Assembly (NCBI GenBank): GCA_964478485.1
Contig: CAYZJE010000017.1
Coordinates: 6,065 to 70,064 of the forward strand
Source of the DNA: an uncultured Syntrophobacter sp.
Lineage (GTDB): Bacteria; Desulfobacterota; Binatia; UBA9968
Length of the DNA: 64,000 nt
Direction of reading: 5' to 3'
Below the pieces are notes generated by a model that did not search any database, had not been told where the DNA came from, and saw only the letters and a list, made by a program, of their open reading frames with translations. The position numbers were made by a program, and so were the translations under genes. Positions 38,630-49,603 of the stretch are shown piece after piece. Each line of letters opens with the position of its first letter. The first letter of the stretch is position 1.

Positions 38630-40102
38630 TTACCGTTTGAGGGCGAGAAATAAACTGCTCTGGCCGCGCCGCACCAAGAGCAACACCGACTTCGCCTTCT
38701 CGCTGCGTGTCAGTTCGCGGTTGTAATCGGCCAAGTTCTTGATCGGTTGGCGATTGATCTCGGTGATCACGTCGCCGGATCGGAGTCCGGCTTCCTCGGC
38801 GGCGCTGCCGCGCTTGACCGCGGTGATGACCAGCCCTTCGGCGCGCTCCAAGCCGAGATTCTCGGCGAGCTGCGGCGTCACCGGCTGAACGGTGAGGCCG
38901 AAATCTCCCTCTTGCGTGGAGGCGACGACCTCGCTTTCTTTCATTTCCCCGACCGTAAGCGGCAAGGTCACTTCTTTACCATCCCGTAAGACTTTAATTT
39001 GGACTGACATACCGGGCGCGACGCGCGCCACTTGGAGAGGCAGGTCGGAAGAATCTTTGATCTCCTTGCGGTCGAACTCGACGATGATATCGCCAGACTT
39101 GAGCCCGGCGCGCTCGGCCGGACCGCCCTTAATGACGTCGGCGACCAAAGCACCGCGGACTTGTTTCAAACCCATTGACTCGGCGATTTCCGCAGTGACC
39201 TTCTGTACCGAAGTACCAATGAAGCCGCGCACCACTTTGCCCTTGTCGCGGAGCTGCGGCAGCAGTTCTTTGACGGAATTGGCGGGGATCGCGAAGCCGA
39301 TACCGATATTGCCACCGGACTGGCTGAAGATCGCGGTGTTGATGCCGACCACTTCGCCGCGCAGGTTGATCAGCGGCCCGCCGGAGTTGCCGGGATTGAT
39401 CGACGCGTCGGTTTGAATGAAGTTGTCATAGGGTCCGGCGCCGATGTTTCTTCCCTTGGCGCTGACGATGCCGGAGGTAACCGAATGGTCGAGGCCAAAC
39501 GGATTGCCGATCGCCATCACCCACTCGCCGACTTCGAGGCGGTCGGAGTCGCCAAGATTGGCGGCCGGCAGAGCGTGGCCAGCGTCGATCTTAATTACCG
39601 CGATGTCGGATTTCTGATCTTTACCGATGACCTTGGCGTTATGGCTTTTGCCGTCAGCCAGCGTCACGACGATTTTCTGCGCGCCGTCGACGACATGATA
39701 GTTGGTTAAAATCGTGCCGTCGTTGTCGATAATGAAACCCGAACCCTGGCCGCCGCGCCGCTGTGGACCGCGCGGCGCCGGGGCGCCAAAGAAGCGCTCA
39801 AAAAACTGCCCCATTTGATCGTCACCCGAGCCCGGCCCTTCTTGGGTCGCCTTGCGGATCTCCGTGGTCGAGACGTTAACCACCGAGGGGCCAAGTTTTT
39901 TTACCAAGCTAATAAAATCCGGCAACCCTTGTGGCGCGACGATTGGCGCCGCACTGCTAGCGGCGTTGGCAGGTTGGACGCCTGGGTGACGACGTTCGAT
40001 GGCGCCAGAAAGCGCCATTCCCGCCAACACCGAAACCAAGCTGGCTACCGCCACGGGCGCGAGTCTCGATTTAGCTTTTCGTTGGCCGCCTTGAGTGTCC
40101 AT
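38630..40102 (-). CDS. periplasmic serine endoprotease DegP/HtrA family with two PDZ domains
   Basis: catalytic triad blocks TNYHVV, D, GNSGGPLINLRGEVVGINTA; signal/anchor N-terminus; 490 aa. Confidence 0.9.
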   Translation of the reverse strand: MDTQGGQRKAKSRLAPVAVASLVSVLAGMALSGAIERRHPGVQPANAASSAAPIVAPQGLPDFISLVKKLGPSVVNVSTTEIRKATQEGPGSGDDQMGQFFERFFGAPAPRGPQRRGGQGSGFIIDNDGTILTNYHVVDGAQKIVVTLADGKSHNAKVIGKDQKSDIAVIKIDAGHALPAANLGDSDRLEVGEWVMAIGNPFGLDHSVTSGIVSAKGRNIGAGPYDNFIQTDASINPGNSGGPLINLRGEVVGINTAIFSQSGGNIGIGFAIPANSVKELLPQLRDKGKVVRGFIGTSVQKVTAEIAESMGLKQVRGALVADVIKGGPAERAGLKSGDIIVEFDRKEIKDSSDLPLQVARVAPGMSVQIKVLRDGKEVTLPLTVGEMKESEVVASTQEGDFGLTVQPVTPQLAENLGLERAEGLVITAVKRGSAAEEAGLRSGDVITEINRQPIKNLADYNRELTRSEKAKSVLLLVRRGQSSLFLALKR

Positions 40103-40211
40103 CGATTATTTGTCCTCCGTTGACATTAGACGCCGCCATTGAAGATTGGTTCGCCATGCAAAAACGCATGGAACGGACCAACGCAGCGTCAGTTGTTGGT
40201 AATTATGGTCG

Positions 40212-40667
40212 CTAGCCAGCCAGCGGATTGGCTTGTTGTTTTACCCCAGGCCGCTCGATAGCCGCTTCTTTCCAGCGGAACAGCCCGGCACGCATGTAAT
40301 CGGGATCATAGCCAAGCGATTCACAGAGGACTTCGAACGAGAACAGATGAGAGCGGTCGCGATCGAGAATCCACTCCTCCGCTTCGAGGTGGAGCGAGCG
40401 TTTCGGCCCCTTGCGCACGCCGACATGATCCTGATAGCAGCTCACCGCGTCACGCAGCACCGCCAGCATGAGCACCCGCTCCGGATCCATCGGCAGCTGG
40501 CGGGTCTGGGTCGATTGATACTGGCTCTCGATCAGCACGTCGGGCTGAAACACCGCCAGCGCTTTTTCCTCCATCGGCGCCCGCGGCGGATTTACCGCCT
40601 GGGTCCAAAACGGTTGCCGCTCACGGTTTGCTTTAGGCTTTGAATATTCCCCTTTTTTTCTCCTCAC
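40212..40667 (-). CDS. conserved hypothetical protein; paralog of 59244-59615
   Basis: shared blocks with the second copy: LMLAVLRDAVSCYQ / LMIAILKDAVECLE and AEEWILDRDRSHLFSFEVLCESLGYDPDYMRAGLF / AIEWVEDTGTEWLFSFTNICDLLGFDPHYMREVLL. Confidence 0.5.
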   Translation of the reverse strand: MRRKKGEYSKPKANRERQPFWTQAVNPPRAPMEEKALAVFQPDVLIESQYQSTQTRQLPMDPERVLMLAVLRDAVSCYQDHVGVRKGPKRSLHLEAEEWILDRDRSHLFSFEVLCESLGYDPDYMRAGLFRWKEAAIERPGVKQQANPLAG

Positions 40668-40809
40668 GAGACACCCCCTAGATACCTTAGACGTTCAAAG
40701 AGCGGGCAAGGTTCCCAAGATTTCATCAATTTATCGATTTCGAGCCCCGGCCAAGGATTCGCTTGCCGAACAAATGTCGAAATCCGCAGGGTGAGACGAA
40801 CGGAGAAAT

Positions 40810-41187
40810 TTAGCCAAAGCGGGGAAGCAGGCCGCCCAACCAAACCGCGGCGATGCCGAGAAAGGCTTGCAGACCGACGTTCAGCCATGCGCCAACCAGC
40901 CCCTCGTCGCGCAGCAGTGTGGCGGTTTCGTAGGCGAACGCTGAGAACGTGGTGAAGCCGCCGAGGATGCCGACAAAGACGAACAAGCGAATCTGCGGGT
41001 CGAAAACACGGCGCTGCTCGGCCAAACCAGCGAGAAGCCCGATCAGCAAACAACCGAGCAAATTGACCGCCAAGGTTCCCGCCGGAAACCAAGGCCGATC
41101 GAAGATTCGAAACACCCAAGTGGAAAACCAATAGCGTAAAACCGAACCGATAAAACCACCGGCGCCGACAAGCAAGATCGTTTTCAT
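40810..41187 (-). CDS. crcB: fluoride ion channel CrcB/FluC (start taken at MKTILLV)
   Basis: GGFIGSVLRY..., LGGFTTFSAF and overall alignment to E. coli CrcB; about 125 aa, 4 TM. Confidence 0.8.
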   Translation of the reverse strand: MKTILLVGAGGFIGSVLRYWFSTWVFRIFDRPWFPAGTLAVNLLGCLLIGLLAGLAEQRRVFDPQIRLFVFVGILGGFTTFSAFAYETATLLRDEGLVGAWLNVGLQAFLGIAAVWLGGLLPRFG

Positions 41188-41314
41188 TAAAGTATCACCC
41201 AAGATTTTTGGCGCACCCTATGGCAATGCCGGAATTTTTGCAATCGCCGCCGCGGCCCGTCCGACTCGGATGGTTCGGTTGACCGCCTCGGGCAAGATGG
41301 TAAAGTACCTGCCC

Positions 41315-42493
41315 ATGCCATTAGCGACTATTGAAGAAGCGATCGAAGACTACCGTCGCGGTAAATTGGTCATCCTGATGGATGACAAGGACCGCGAAAA
41401 CGAGGGTGATCTCTGCATGGCCGCCGAGAAGGCCACGCCGGCGGCGATCAATTTCATGGCGACCTATGGCCGTGGGCTGATTTGCCTGGCGTTAACCGAA
41501 GAGCGCGTCAAGCACCTGGGCCTAGCGATGATGGTATCCGACAATACTTCGCCCTTCGGCACGGCATTCACCGTCACCGTCGACGCCTCGGCGGGAATTA
41601 CCACCGGCATTTCCGCCGCCGACCGGGCCAAGACGATTCTTGACGCCATCGCCGACGATGCCAAGCCATCGGATCTGGTTTCGCCCGGCCATATTTTTCC
41701 ACTGCGCGCGCGCAACGGCGGCGTCCTGGTTCGCGCTGGCCAAACCGAAGGATCGGTGGACCTCGCGCGCCTCGCCGGGCTCAAGCCGGCCGGCGTGATC
41801 TGCGAGATCATGAAGGACGATGGCACCATGGCGCGCCAGCCTGACCTCATGCGCTTCGCCAAGAAGCATAAGCTCAAAGTGGTCACCAACGCCGATCTAA
41901 TTCAGCATCGCTTGAGCTATGACTCGCTGGTCTATAAAGCCGCGTCAGCGCCGCTGCCAACCCGCGTTGGCGGCGACTTCCAGGCCATCGTCTATAACAC
42001 CCACGTCGACAACAACGAGCATCTGGCGCTGATCAAAGGAAACATTTCAGCGAAGGAAGAAACCTTGGTGCGGGTGCACACCAAATACGTGCCCGGCGAT
42101 GTTTTTGGTTTCGAGCTGCTCAATACCGGCACGGTCATTCAGCGCTCCATGGAGATCATTGCCAAGGAAGGCAAAGGGGTCATTTTATATCTGCAGCCCA
42201 AGCAGAAGGCGCACCATCCCACCATGATGGCCTATCCGAAAGTCGACGGTAAACAGCAAAAGGCGATGAACCGTTCCTTTGTCTACCAGGCGGACTTCAA
42301 AGAGTACGGCATCGGCGCGCAGATCCTACGCGACCTCGGCGTGCGCAAGATGCGCTTGCTGACCAACAACAAAAAACATCTGGTCGGCCTGCGTGGCTAC
42401 GGCTTGGAAGTGACGTCGTTGGTGCCGATTCCGAGAGAGAATCCAATCCGTGAAGTGCCCAAGCAGACCAAAGCGAAAGCCAAGCGCGCCTAG
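41315..42493 (+). CDS. ribB: 3,4-dihydroxy-2-butanone 4-phosphate synthase fused to a GTP cyclohydrolase II-like domain that lacks the three zinc-binding cysteines
   Basis: RibB N-terminus [18 protein letters not shown]; C-terminal half aligns with RibA but HSECLTGD...RCDCG is replaced by HTKYVPGD...LLNTG. Confidence 0.8.
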   Translation: MPLATIEEAIEDYRRGKLVILMDDKDRENEGDLCMAAEKATPAAINFMATYGRGLICLALTEERVKHLGLAMMVSDNTSPFGTAFTVTVDASAGITTGISAADRAKTILDAIADDAKPSDLVSPGHIFPLRARNGGVLVRAGQTEGSVDLARLAGLKPAGVICEIMKDDGTMARQPDLMRFAKKHKLKVVTNADLIQHRLSYDSLVYKAASAPLPTRVGGDFQAIVYNTHVDNNEHLALIKGNISAKEETLVRVHTKYVPGDVFGFELLNTGTVIQRSMEIIAKEGKGVILYLQPKQKAHHPTMMAYPKVDGKQQKAMNRSFVYQADFKEYGIGAQILRDLGVRKMRLLTNNKKHLVGLRGYGLEVTSLVPIPRENPIREVPKQTKAKAKRA

Positions 42494-42502
42494 CCCTGCG
42501 GG

Positions 42503-42600
42503 ATAGCGAATCTCAGATTTCAAATTTCAGATTCCACAATTCGGATCGGTAATTTGATATATGGAATATGGAATTTGTAATCTGAGATTCCGAGCGAAGC
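42503..42600. repeat. AT-rich inverted-repeat element built from CAGATTY/CAAATTT heptamers
   Basis: GAATCTCAGATTTCAAATTTCAGATTCC ...(35 nt)... GGAATTTGTAATCTGAGATTC; related motifs at 27366-27400 and 63787-64000. Confidence 0.6.
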
Positions 42601-42608
42601 GAGGACCG

Positions 42609-42818
42609 ATGCCGATCTTTGAATATAGCTGCCGCTGCTGCGAGCACCAGTTTGAAACCATCGTGCGCTCAAACCGCGAAAAAGTAAATTGCCCCAAGTG
42701 CGACAGCCGGGCGGTGGCAAAGCAGCTGTCGGTGTTCAGCTCGCTGGGATCGGCCAAAGAGAGCGAGACAATTGGCGGCGGCTGCGCTTGCACGCCGGCG
42801 ACCTGTGGCTACCATTAG
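42609..42818 (+). CDS. FmdB-family zinc-ribbon putative regulatory protein (start taken at MPIFEY)
   Basis: MPIFEYSCRCCEHQFE...CPKCDS... and C-terminal GGCACTPATCGYH, typical of CxxC_CxxC_SSSS zinc ribbons. Confidence 0.6.
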   Translation: MPIFEYSCRCCEHQFETIVRSNREKVNCPKCDSRAVAKQLSVFSSLGSAKESETIGGGCACTPATCGYH

Positions 42819-42932
42819 GCGCTTACGCAGAAATTTCACGTGAAAATTATCTTCGAGGATTGAGGATGGCGATCTTCGATCCTCCATCATCGATCCTCGA
42901 CCTTTATGGCGCAGATATCTCTCAGTGAATCG

Positions 42933-43451
42933 CTAAGTCTCTACCGGCGGGTTCAGATAGCTCGGCAAATCCGGGCGAATCCGTTTGAGCGCTTCGCCCA
43001 CGTTGGAAAACACCCGCTCTTCGATCAACTGTCCGTTCACCCAGTAATCGAGCGACGGCGCGTCGACGAAGTTGATATCGACGTAGCGTTCACCGACCGG
43101 CGCGCCGGTGATGATCACTCGCACGGAAAAACCGGCATCGATCACGATGCCTCTTGTTCCGGCCGGTAACGGCAAGCTGCTTTTGATCTTGGCTAACTTC
43201 TCCGTGGGGTAGGTGCCAACTTCGAGGGAGTAATAGCCCCATTCGCCGGGCGCGATGGTGAGCCCTTTGAATATTCTCAGATTGATGTCGACAAGATTCT
43301 TGGCGGCCTCGTCCTGATTGTAATTCTTAAGCAGGTCAACCGCCCACTTCTCGATAATTCCTTTGACCGGTTCGGCGGACTTGTCCCGCTCCTTGACCGG
43401 TCTGCGGTCAATCCACCACTTGGTTTCTTCGAATGGTTTTTCGTCGGCCAT
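42933..43451 (-). CDS. hypothetical protein
   Basis: ORF of 172 aa with plausible coding composition; no family recognised. Confidence 0.45.
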   Translation of the reverse strand: MADEKPFEETKWWIDRRPVKERDKSAEPVKGIIEKWAVDLLKNYNQDEAAKNLVDINLRIFKGLTIAPGEWGYYSLEVGTYPTEKLAKIKSSLPLPAGTRGIVIDAGFSVRVIITGAPVGERYVDINFVDAPSLDYWVNGQLIEERVFSNVGEALKRIRPDLPSYLNPPVET

Positions 43452-43491
43452 AGAAGTGCGTGGAATCTTTACTTTCGGAATTTAGCTCTAA

Positions 43492-44487
43492 CTAAATCTT
43501 GAACTCTTCAAGCGTGCTCTTGGCGAACAGCGAACCGACGTCGAGCTTCTTGCTGATCAACCCTTGCTCGTGAGTGTACTGCACCAGGGTCTCCAAGATA
43601 TGTCGGTTTGCTTCCAATCCGTAAGCCCAGGGATCGGGGCCGAGCAGCTCGCGCTCCTTTTCCATTTCGTCGATGGACCATGCCAGCATGTATTTGAGCG
43701 CGGAGAATTCGTACATCGCTTCTTGGCAAAGCCGCTTCGATTCGTCAAAGGCCTTGAACAGGCTCTGGGCGATCCACGGATGTTGCTCGTAAACCTCTTC
43801 GCGGATGACTATCGTGTGCATGATCGGAAAAATCTGCGTGCGCTTGAAATAGTCCGCTTCCACTGCGCGAAAGTTGGGGATCAAACGCTCGACCTTGGGA
43901 TGGCGGCGCACGAACGGCGACGGTATGTGCGCCGAGATCATGGCGTCGATCTCGCCGCGCTCGAGCATGCCGGAGAGTGTCTTGTCACTAGGGATTGCCT
44001 GGATATCGATGTTGGGGGGCAATTTGTGCTGGACTTTGTCTTGGCGGCCGGGATGCTCCTCGCCGCCGGTGAACCATTTCATTTTTTCCGGGAGCACGCC
44101 GTACTCATGCTGCAAGATGCCGCGCGCCCAAGTCGCCATGGTGATTTGATATTCGGGCACGCCGACGCGCTTGCCCGCCATGTCCGCCGGTTTCTTAATG
44201 CCGGAGTCGGTGTTGATGTAAATACACGAGTGGCGAAAAGTCTTCGACGGAAAAACCGGGATGCCGATCAGCCGCGGCGCGCCTTTGTCGCGCGACATCA
44301 AGAACGAGCCGGTCGACATTTCCGCCACGTCAAACTCGCCGTAACGCAGCATGCGCCAAAAAGTTTCTTCGACCCGCAGTGGCAAATAAGTCAGATCGAC
44401 GCCTTCGACTTCGACGCGGCCCTCTTGTAAGGCACGCGTCCGGTCGTAGTCCCAACAAGCCAGTGTCAAGCGAATTTTGCCCATCAA
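43492..44487 (-). CDS. PhtD/Pht5-like protein (4,5-dihydroxyphthalate decarboxylase family), paralog of 5181-6140
   Basis: N-terminal LTLACWDYDRTRAL motif and collinear similarity to 5181-6140 (GIPVFP, RHSCI, KRVGV, ILQHE, WF-GE, YFKRT-IFPI-H). Confidence 0.55.
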   Translation of the reverse strand: MMGKIRLTLACWDYDRTRALQEGRVEVEGVDLTYLPLRVEETFWRMLRYGEFDVAEMSTGSFLMSRDKGAPRLIGIPVFPSKTFRHSCIYINTDSGIKKPADMAGKRVGVPEYQITMATWARGILQHEYGVLPEKMKWFTGGEEHPGRQDKVQHKLPPNIDIQAIPSDKTLSGMLERGEIDAMISAHIPSPFVRRHPKVERLIPNFRAVEADYFKRTQIFPIMHTIVIREEVYEQHPWIAQSLFKAFDESKRLCQEAMYEFSALKYMLAWSIDEMEKERELLGPDPWAYGLEANRHILETLVQYTHEQGLISKKLDVGSLFAKSTLEEFKI

Positions 44488-44512
44488 TAGCTCCCCACGT
44501 TGATTTGCGGAA

Positions 44513-44713
44513 TTAAGAACTCACGCCAGCGAGAAACTGGTTGGCGCTGATGATAAACTGCTCTTTCTCGCCCTCAAGTACCACCGCCGCTTCGCCCGAA
44601 GCGAGGGTGGTGCGGCGCTGAATCTTGTACAGCTTGCCTTTGAACCTCACCTCGGCCCCAGGCTTAAACGGTTCCAGCCTCAGGTGATCCCGCTGTGCGT
44701 CGATCTTTTCCAT
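44513..44713 (-). CDS. small hypothetical protein
   Basis: ORF only. Confidence 0.25.
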   Translation of the reverse strand: MEKIDAQRDHLRLEPFKPGAEVRFKGKLYKIQRRTTLASGEAAVVLEGEKEQFIISANQFLAGVSS

Positions 44714-44833
44714 GTGTCCAGTTTAATAACATATCGGTGCGCGAGCTTAAACCGGCGGGCGCTCAGCCGGATAGGTCGGAAATTGACATCGCGCACAGCC
44801 AAGATTACAGTCGCGCCCAATGGGAGCGAAACC

Positions 44834-45763
44834 ATGCGGATCGCGGTAATGGGCAGCGGCGCAGTGGGCGGTTACTTCGGCGCCAAACTGGCGGCAGCCG
44901 GAAACGAAGTTGCGTTCATCGCCCGCGGCAACCATTTAGCGGCGCTGCAAGCGAAGGGCCTGCGGGTTAACAGCCCCGCCGGCGATCTCTCGGTTTGCCA
45001 AGCGCTATTCACCGAATCACCGGCGCGAGTGGGACCTGTCGAGCTGATCCTCTTTTGCGTGAAATCTTATGATACCGAAAGCGGCGCGGCAGCGATTGGG
45101 CCGATGGTGGCCGAGCGAACGCAGATTTTATCTTTGCAAAACGGCATCGATAACCCGGAGAAACTGGCGCGAGTTTACGGCGCGGTTCGAATTCTGCCCG
45201 CGGTCGTCTACGTCGGCGCCCAGCTATCCGCGCCGGGGGTGATCACCCACTCAAACGGCGGTAGAATTATCTTCGGCCAGCTGGACGGCGCCGTCGCTGA
45301 CCCAACAAAAATTCTGGCGCAGACGCTGACCGCGGCGGGAATTCCCAGCGAAGCGAGCGCGGAAATTCGCCGGGTCCAATGGACCAAGCTTTTGTGGAAC
45401 GCGCCGTTCTGCGCTATCAGTTGTCTGACCCACGCGAACACGAAACAGATCGTCGAGTCGGAATCGCTCACCCAACTCACTCTCGATTGCATGGCCGAAG
45501 TCGAGGCCGCGGCGCGGACTCAGGGAATTGAGTTGCCGCGCCAGCTGTTCGACGAGGTGTTGAGCTTTTCGCGCGGCTTGGGTGAATTCAAACCATCCAT
45601 GCTGCAAGACTTGGAAGCCAACAAGCCGCTGGAATATGACGCGTTCAACGGCATCGTCGTAAAGCTGCTCGAAGCGAATCGCCAACCGGCGCCTATCAAT
45701 CAAACTTTCTATCGTGCGTTAAAATTCCTCGACCAACGGATTCGTGGGGAGGTCAAGCGATAG
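44834..45763 (+). CDS. panE: 2-dehydropantoate 2-reductase (ketopantoate reductase, ApbA/PanE family); start at MRIAVMGSG
   Basis: N-terminal Rossmann MRIAVMGSGAVGGYFGAKLAAAG; conserved K-LWNAPF..S and C-terminal SMLQDLEANKPLEYDAFNGIV blocks. Confidence 0.8.
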   Translation: MRIAVMGSGAVGGYFGAKLAAAGNEVAFIARGNHLAALQAKGLRVNSPAGDLSVCQALFTESPARVGPVELILFCVKSYDTESGAAAIGPMVAERTQILSLQNGIDNPEKLARVYGAVRILPAVVYVGAQLSAPGVITHSNGGRIIFGQLDGAVADPTKILAQTLTAAGIPSEASAEIRRVQWTKLLWNAPFCAISCLTHANTKQIVESESLTQLTLDCMAEVEAAARTQGIELPRQLFDEVLSFSRGLGEFKPSMLQDLEANKPLEYDAFNGIVVKLLEANRQPAPINQTFYRALKFLDQRIRGEVKR

Positions 45764-45948
45764 CGTTATTGAAATCGGCAACCAAACCCGATGCCGACAA
45801 CATTCAGGGGCTGATGTACGAAGTGGTCCAAGGCGTCGGTTACGGTTACAAGGACACGACCAAGGCAGACGCCTGGCCATCGCCGACTTTATCAAATCGC
45901 TTCCGGCGATTGAGCACTAGGTGAAGTAAGGCCAAGCGATACTCTCGC

Positions 45949-46935
<987 letters not shown>

Positions 46936-46955
46936 CACACTCCCTTTCTGATTTG

Positions 46956-47078
46956 TCGTCGACCACGCTGATTTTAGCGTGGAACCCGTAACTGGGATTT
47001 CCAAAGGGGGCGGGCATCCCCTTTGCGATATTAAAATTGGCGCCGGGGTCAATACCCCGGCCGCGAAGTGGCTTCGTT
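46956..47078 (-). repeat. copy B of the three-hairpin intergenic repeat (forward form on the minus strand)
   Basis: contains CCACGCTGATTTTAGCGTGG, CCAAAGGGGGCGGGCATCCCCTTTG and GGCGCCGGGGTCAATACCCCGGCCGCGAAGTGGCTTCG. Confidence 0.85.
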
Positions 47079-47081
47079 GAT

Positions 47082-48473
47082 TTATCGAATGATGCCGCGG
47101 TACTCGAGCGGCATTTGCTGTTTCTCGGTCGCCGCGTTGGGCACGTGGGCCGGTAGTGGCACATTGCTCACGGGGACTTGCGAACGCCCTCGGTTGCCGG
47201 TTCCTTCTTTGGTCGCTTTGCTTTCCCCTTTGCCATCCGCCGCAACCTCTTCCGGCAACTGCACGGTGACATAGCGCGCGCCTTTGAGGCCATCCTTGCC
47301 CTCGCCCGCCTGGTAGAAACGCTCCGCTGGCGGCGCGCCCTGCGGCGGTTCTTCCGACGCTTGGTTTTTACCACCGCCTTCCTTCGAACCGCCTTGGCCC
47401 TTACCTCCCCCATCCTTATTTGGTTCCTTGCCCGGCCGGTTCGGGTCGGCTTGATTTCCCTTGGCGTCACCTTGGTGCTGTTGATTCTTGTCTTGGCCCG
47501 GCTCCTTCGGATTTCCCCCCGCTGACTTGCCTTGCCCCATGTCCTTGCTCAATTGTGCGCTCATTTTTTCCTGGCCGTCGCCTCCGCTGCCTTGACTCTG
47601 CTTGCCTTCGCCTTGACCCTCTTGGGGCAAGTTGCTCTGGAGATTGCCACCGCCCTGGGATTGATTTTTTTGCTGCTCCTGTCCGCTCGCTGACTGTTGT
47701 TGCTCTGCTCCCTTCAACTCATCGGCCGCTTGACTGAGCAGATCGCGATTCTTACTTTCATGCTCTTTTTTTTGCAGCTCTTTGGTTTTTTGCTCGAGCT
47801 CTTGCACTGCCGCCTGTTTTTCTTCCGGATGAATTTTTGCATCCTCTAGCTTCGCGGCGAGGGTTTTTAACTGCTCGGCTAGTTCTTTTAGCCGCGGTGC
47901 CTGCGCCATTTTTTCCGCTAACTCACGCAGCCGTTGGGAAGCCAGCACTGGATGTAACATGGCACCAGCGGGCGGTAAGAGAAAATACAGCAGCAGCACC
48001 GCAAACAGCGAACTCCCTGCCGACCAGTACATAGGAGTTTTCACCCTATAGGGAAAATCGCGCTTGAGCTCGACTCGGCCGACCAGGTCCCCTGCGTCCT
48101 GGCGTAGCCGGGAAAGCAATGGCTCGGCGCAACTTTCCGGATCGATGGTCGCCAAAGTAAGAAAATGATCCTTCGCACCAGCGCGTTGGTCGACGAGTTG
48201 CGCCGCTTGAGGCAAATTAGGAATCCGCTTGCGGTGGCGCAGCGTGACCGCAAGCGAGCCAAGGCCAATTGCTATCACAGCGATCGCTGAGGCGATCATC
48301 GGACTAACCCAAACGCCTTGCGCTAGGAAGTAAGCGGCGCAGAGCGACGCCAAAACCGGTGGAACGAATATCAGTAAAGCATCCCAAAGGGAGTGATCGC
48401 CGAGCCGGGCCCTTAACCTAAGGACCACGGCTTCAGGCCGTGTGCGCGCTTCAAGGTGGGACGATAACGCCAT
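47082..48473 (-). CDS. membrane protein with N-terminal TM helices, a coiled coil and a long G/Q/K/E-rich disordered tail
   Basis: hydrophobic segments near the N-terminus; low-complexity GQEQQKNQSQGGG...KGQGGSKEGGGKNQ region; immediately upstream of MoxR. Confidence 0.5.
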   Translation of the reverse strand: MALSSHLEARTRPEAVVLRLRARLGDHSLWDALLIFVPPVLASLCAAYFLAQGVWVSPMIASAIAVIAIGLGSLAVTLRHRKRIPNLPQAAQLVDQRAGAKDHFLTLATIDPESCAEPLLSRLRQDAGDLVGRVELKRDFPYRVKTPMYWSAGSSLFAVLLLYFLLPPAGAMLHPVLASQRLRELAEKMAQAPRLKELAEQLKTLAAKLEDAKIHPEEKQAAVQELEQKTKELQKKEHESKNRDLLSQAADELKGAEQQQSASGQEQQKNQSQGGGNLQSNLPQEGQGEGKQSQGSGGDGQEKMSAQLSKDMGQGKSAGGNPKEPGQDKNQQHQGDAKGNQADPNRPGKEPNKDGGGKGQGGSKEGGGKNQASEEPPQGAPPAERFYQAGEGKDGLKGARYVTVQLPEEVAADGKGESKATKEGTGNRGRSQVPVSNVPLPAHVPNAATEKQQMPLEYRGIIR

Positions 48474-48519
48474 AAGCGAAAATATAACACGTCGGCAGAG
48501 CGGCTTAAACGTAAGCGGG

Positions 48520-49554
48520 TCAGTGTCGCGCGGCGACTTTCCTCGGAGTTTGAGAGTTTTGCCGGACCGGCTGATAGGTTTTTACCGCACGGTTGTGCGC
48601 CTCGATGGTTTCGGAAAATAGATGAGTGCCATCGTTTTTCGATACGAAGTAAAGATACGGCACGTTGGCCGGCTGTAGCGCTGCTTTGATCGACGCAACA
48701 CTCGGGTTGCAGATCGGCCCCGGCGGCAGAGCAGCGATCCGATAGGTGTTATAGGGATTGGCATCCAGCAAATCTTTGCGCGTCAAATTACCGTTGAAAT
48801 CCTTGATGCCGTAAATCGCCGTCGGGTCGCTTTGCAGCGGCATTTGTTGCTTGAGTCGGTTGTGAAAGACGGCGGAGACTAACGCGCGCTCTTCCTGAAC
48901 ACCGGTCTCTTTTTCAATGATCGACGCCAGTGTCAGGATCTCGTGGGAAGTCAGCCTTATACTGTTCGGTCGTTGCGCCAAGACCGGCTGCGACACTTTA
49001 CGAAACTGTTCGGCCATGGCGATGATGATGTCTTTTTCGGCGGTCGCCGGCGTGAAATGGTAGGTGCTCGGAAACAGATAACCTTCGAGGCCTTTGCCTT
49101 GCAGGCCGAAATTTGCCAGCAAACTCGGCTTGGCCGCTTCCGTGACAAACTTCTCCTGATCGGCGATCTGCATCTTGTCCAGCAAGACGGCGATCTCTTT
49201 GACGGTCAAGCCTTCGGGAATGGTCACGCTGTGGAAGACACCCTTGCCAGTAATCAATCTTTCCAAAACTTCCCGTGGCGCCACGCCGCTATCGAAACGG
49301 TAGAGGCCTTGATGGATGCGCTTCTCCGCGCCCCGGACCCGCGCCCACAACGAAAAGAACCAGCCATTGGTGATAACCTTCTGCTCGCGCAGTTTACGAG
49401 TCACGGAGGCCAAGGAGTCACCCGGCTCCACCCGCACCTCAGCCGGAACCGGCCCGATGACGGGAATGGAATAATTAATGTCGTAAAATAGCAAACCGGC
49501 AGCAACCGCAACGGCAGTGGCAATACTAGCGAGGCTGCGAAATAGAGTTGTCAC
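48520..49554 (-). CDS. mltG: endolytic murein transglycosylase MltG (YceG family)
   Basis: N-terminal TM anchor, YceG blocks GLYRFDSG, TIPEGLTVKEIA, ASIIEKETG, conserved Glu. Confidence 0.8.
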   Translation of the reverse strand: MTTLFRSLASIATAVAVAAGLLFYDINYSIPVIGPVPAEVRVEPGDSLASVTRKLREQKVITNGWFFSLWARVRGAEKRIHQGLYRFDSGVAPREVLERLITGKGVFHSVTIPEGLTVKEIAVLLDKMQIADQEKFVTEAAKPSLLANFGLQGKGLEGYLFPSTYHFTPATAEKDIIIAMAEQFRKVSQPVLAQRPNSIRLTSHEILTLASIIEKETGVQEERALVSAVFHNRLKQQMPLQSDPTAIYGIKDFNGNLTRKDLLDANPYNTYRIAALPPGPICNPSVASIKAALQPANVPYLYFVSKNDGTHLFSETIEAHNRAVKTYQPVRQNSQTPRKVAARH

Positions 49555-49603
49555 GATTGGATGTTGGAAGCTTCTGTGAATCTGAAGATTAATCTGCGCG
49601 CAA

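Noticed and set aside
41188-41262. Possible fluoride (crcB-motif) riboswitch upstream of crcB
   Set aside because: The minus-strand leader (CGGGCCGCGGCGGCGATTGCAAAAATTCCGGCATTGCCATAGGGTGCGCCAAAAATCTTGGGTGATACTTTA) does not contain the conserved GGCGATGG...CGCC pseudoknot or the CUGAUGA-CCUAC blocks of RF01734.
42503-42600. CRISPR array, given short AT-rich repeats
   Set aside because: The repeats are imperfect inverted heptamer arrays without regularly spaced unique spacers of constant length, and no cas genes are present.
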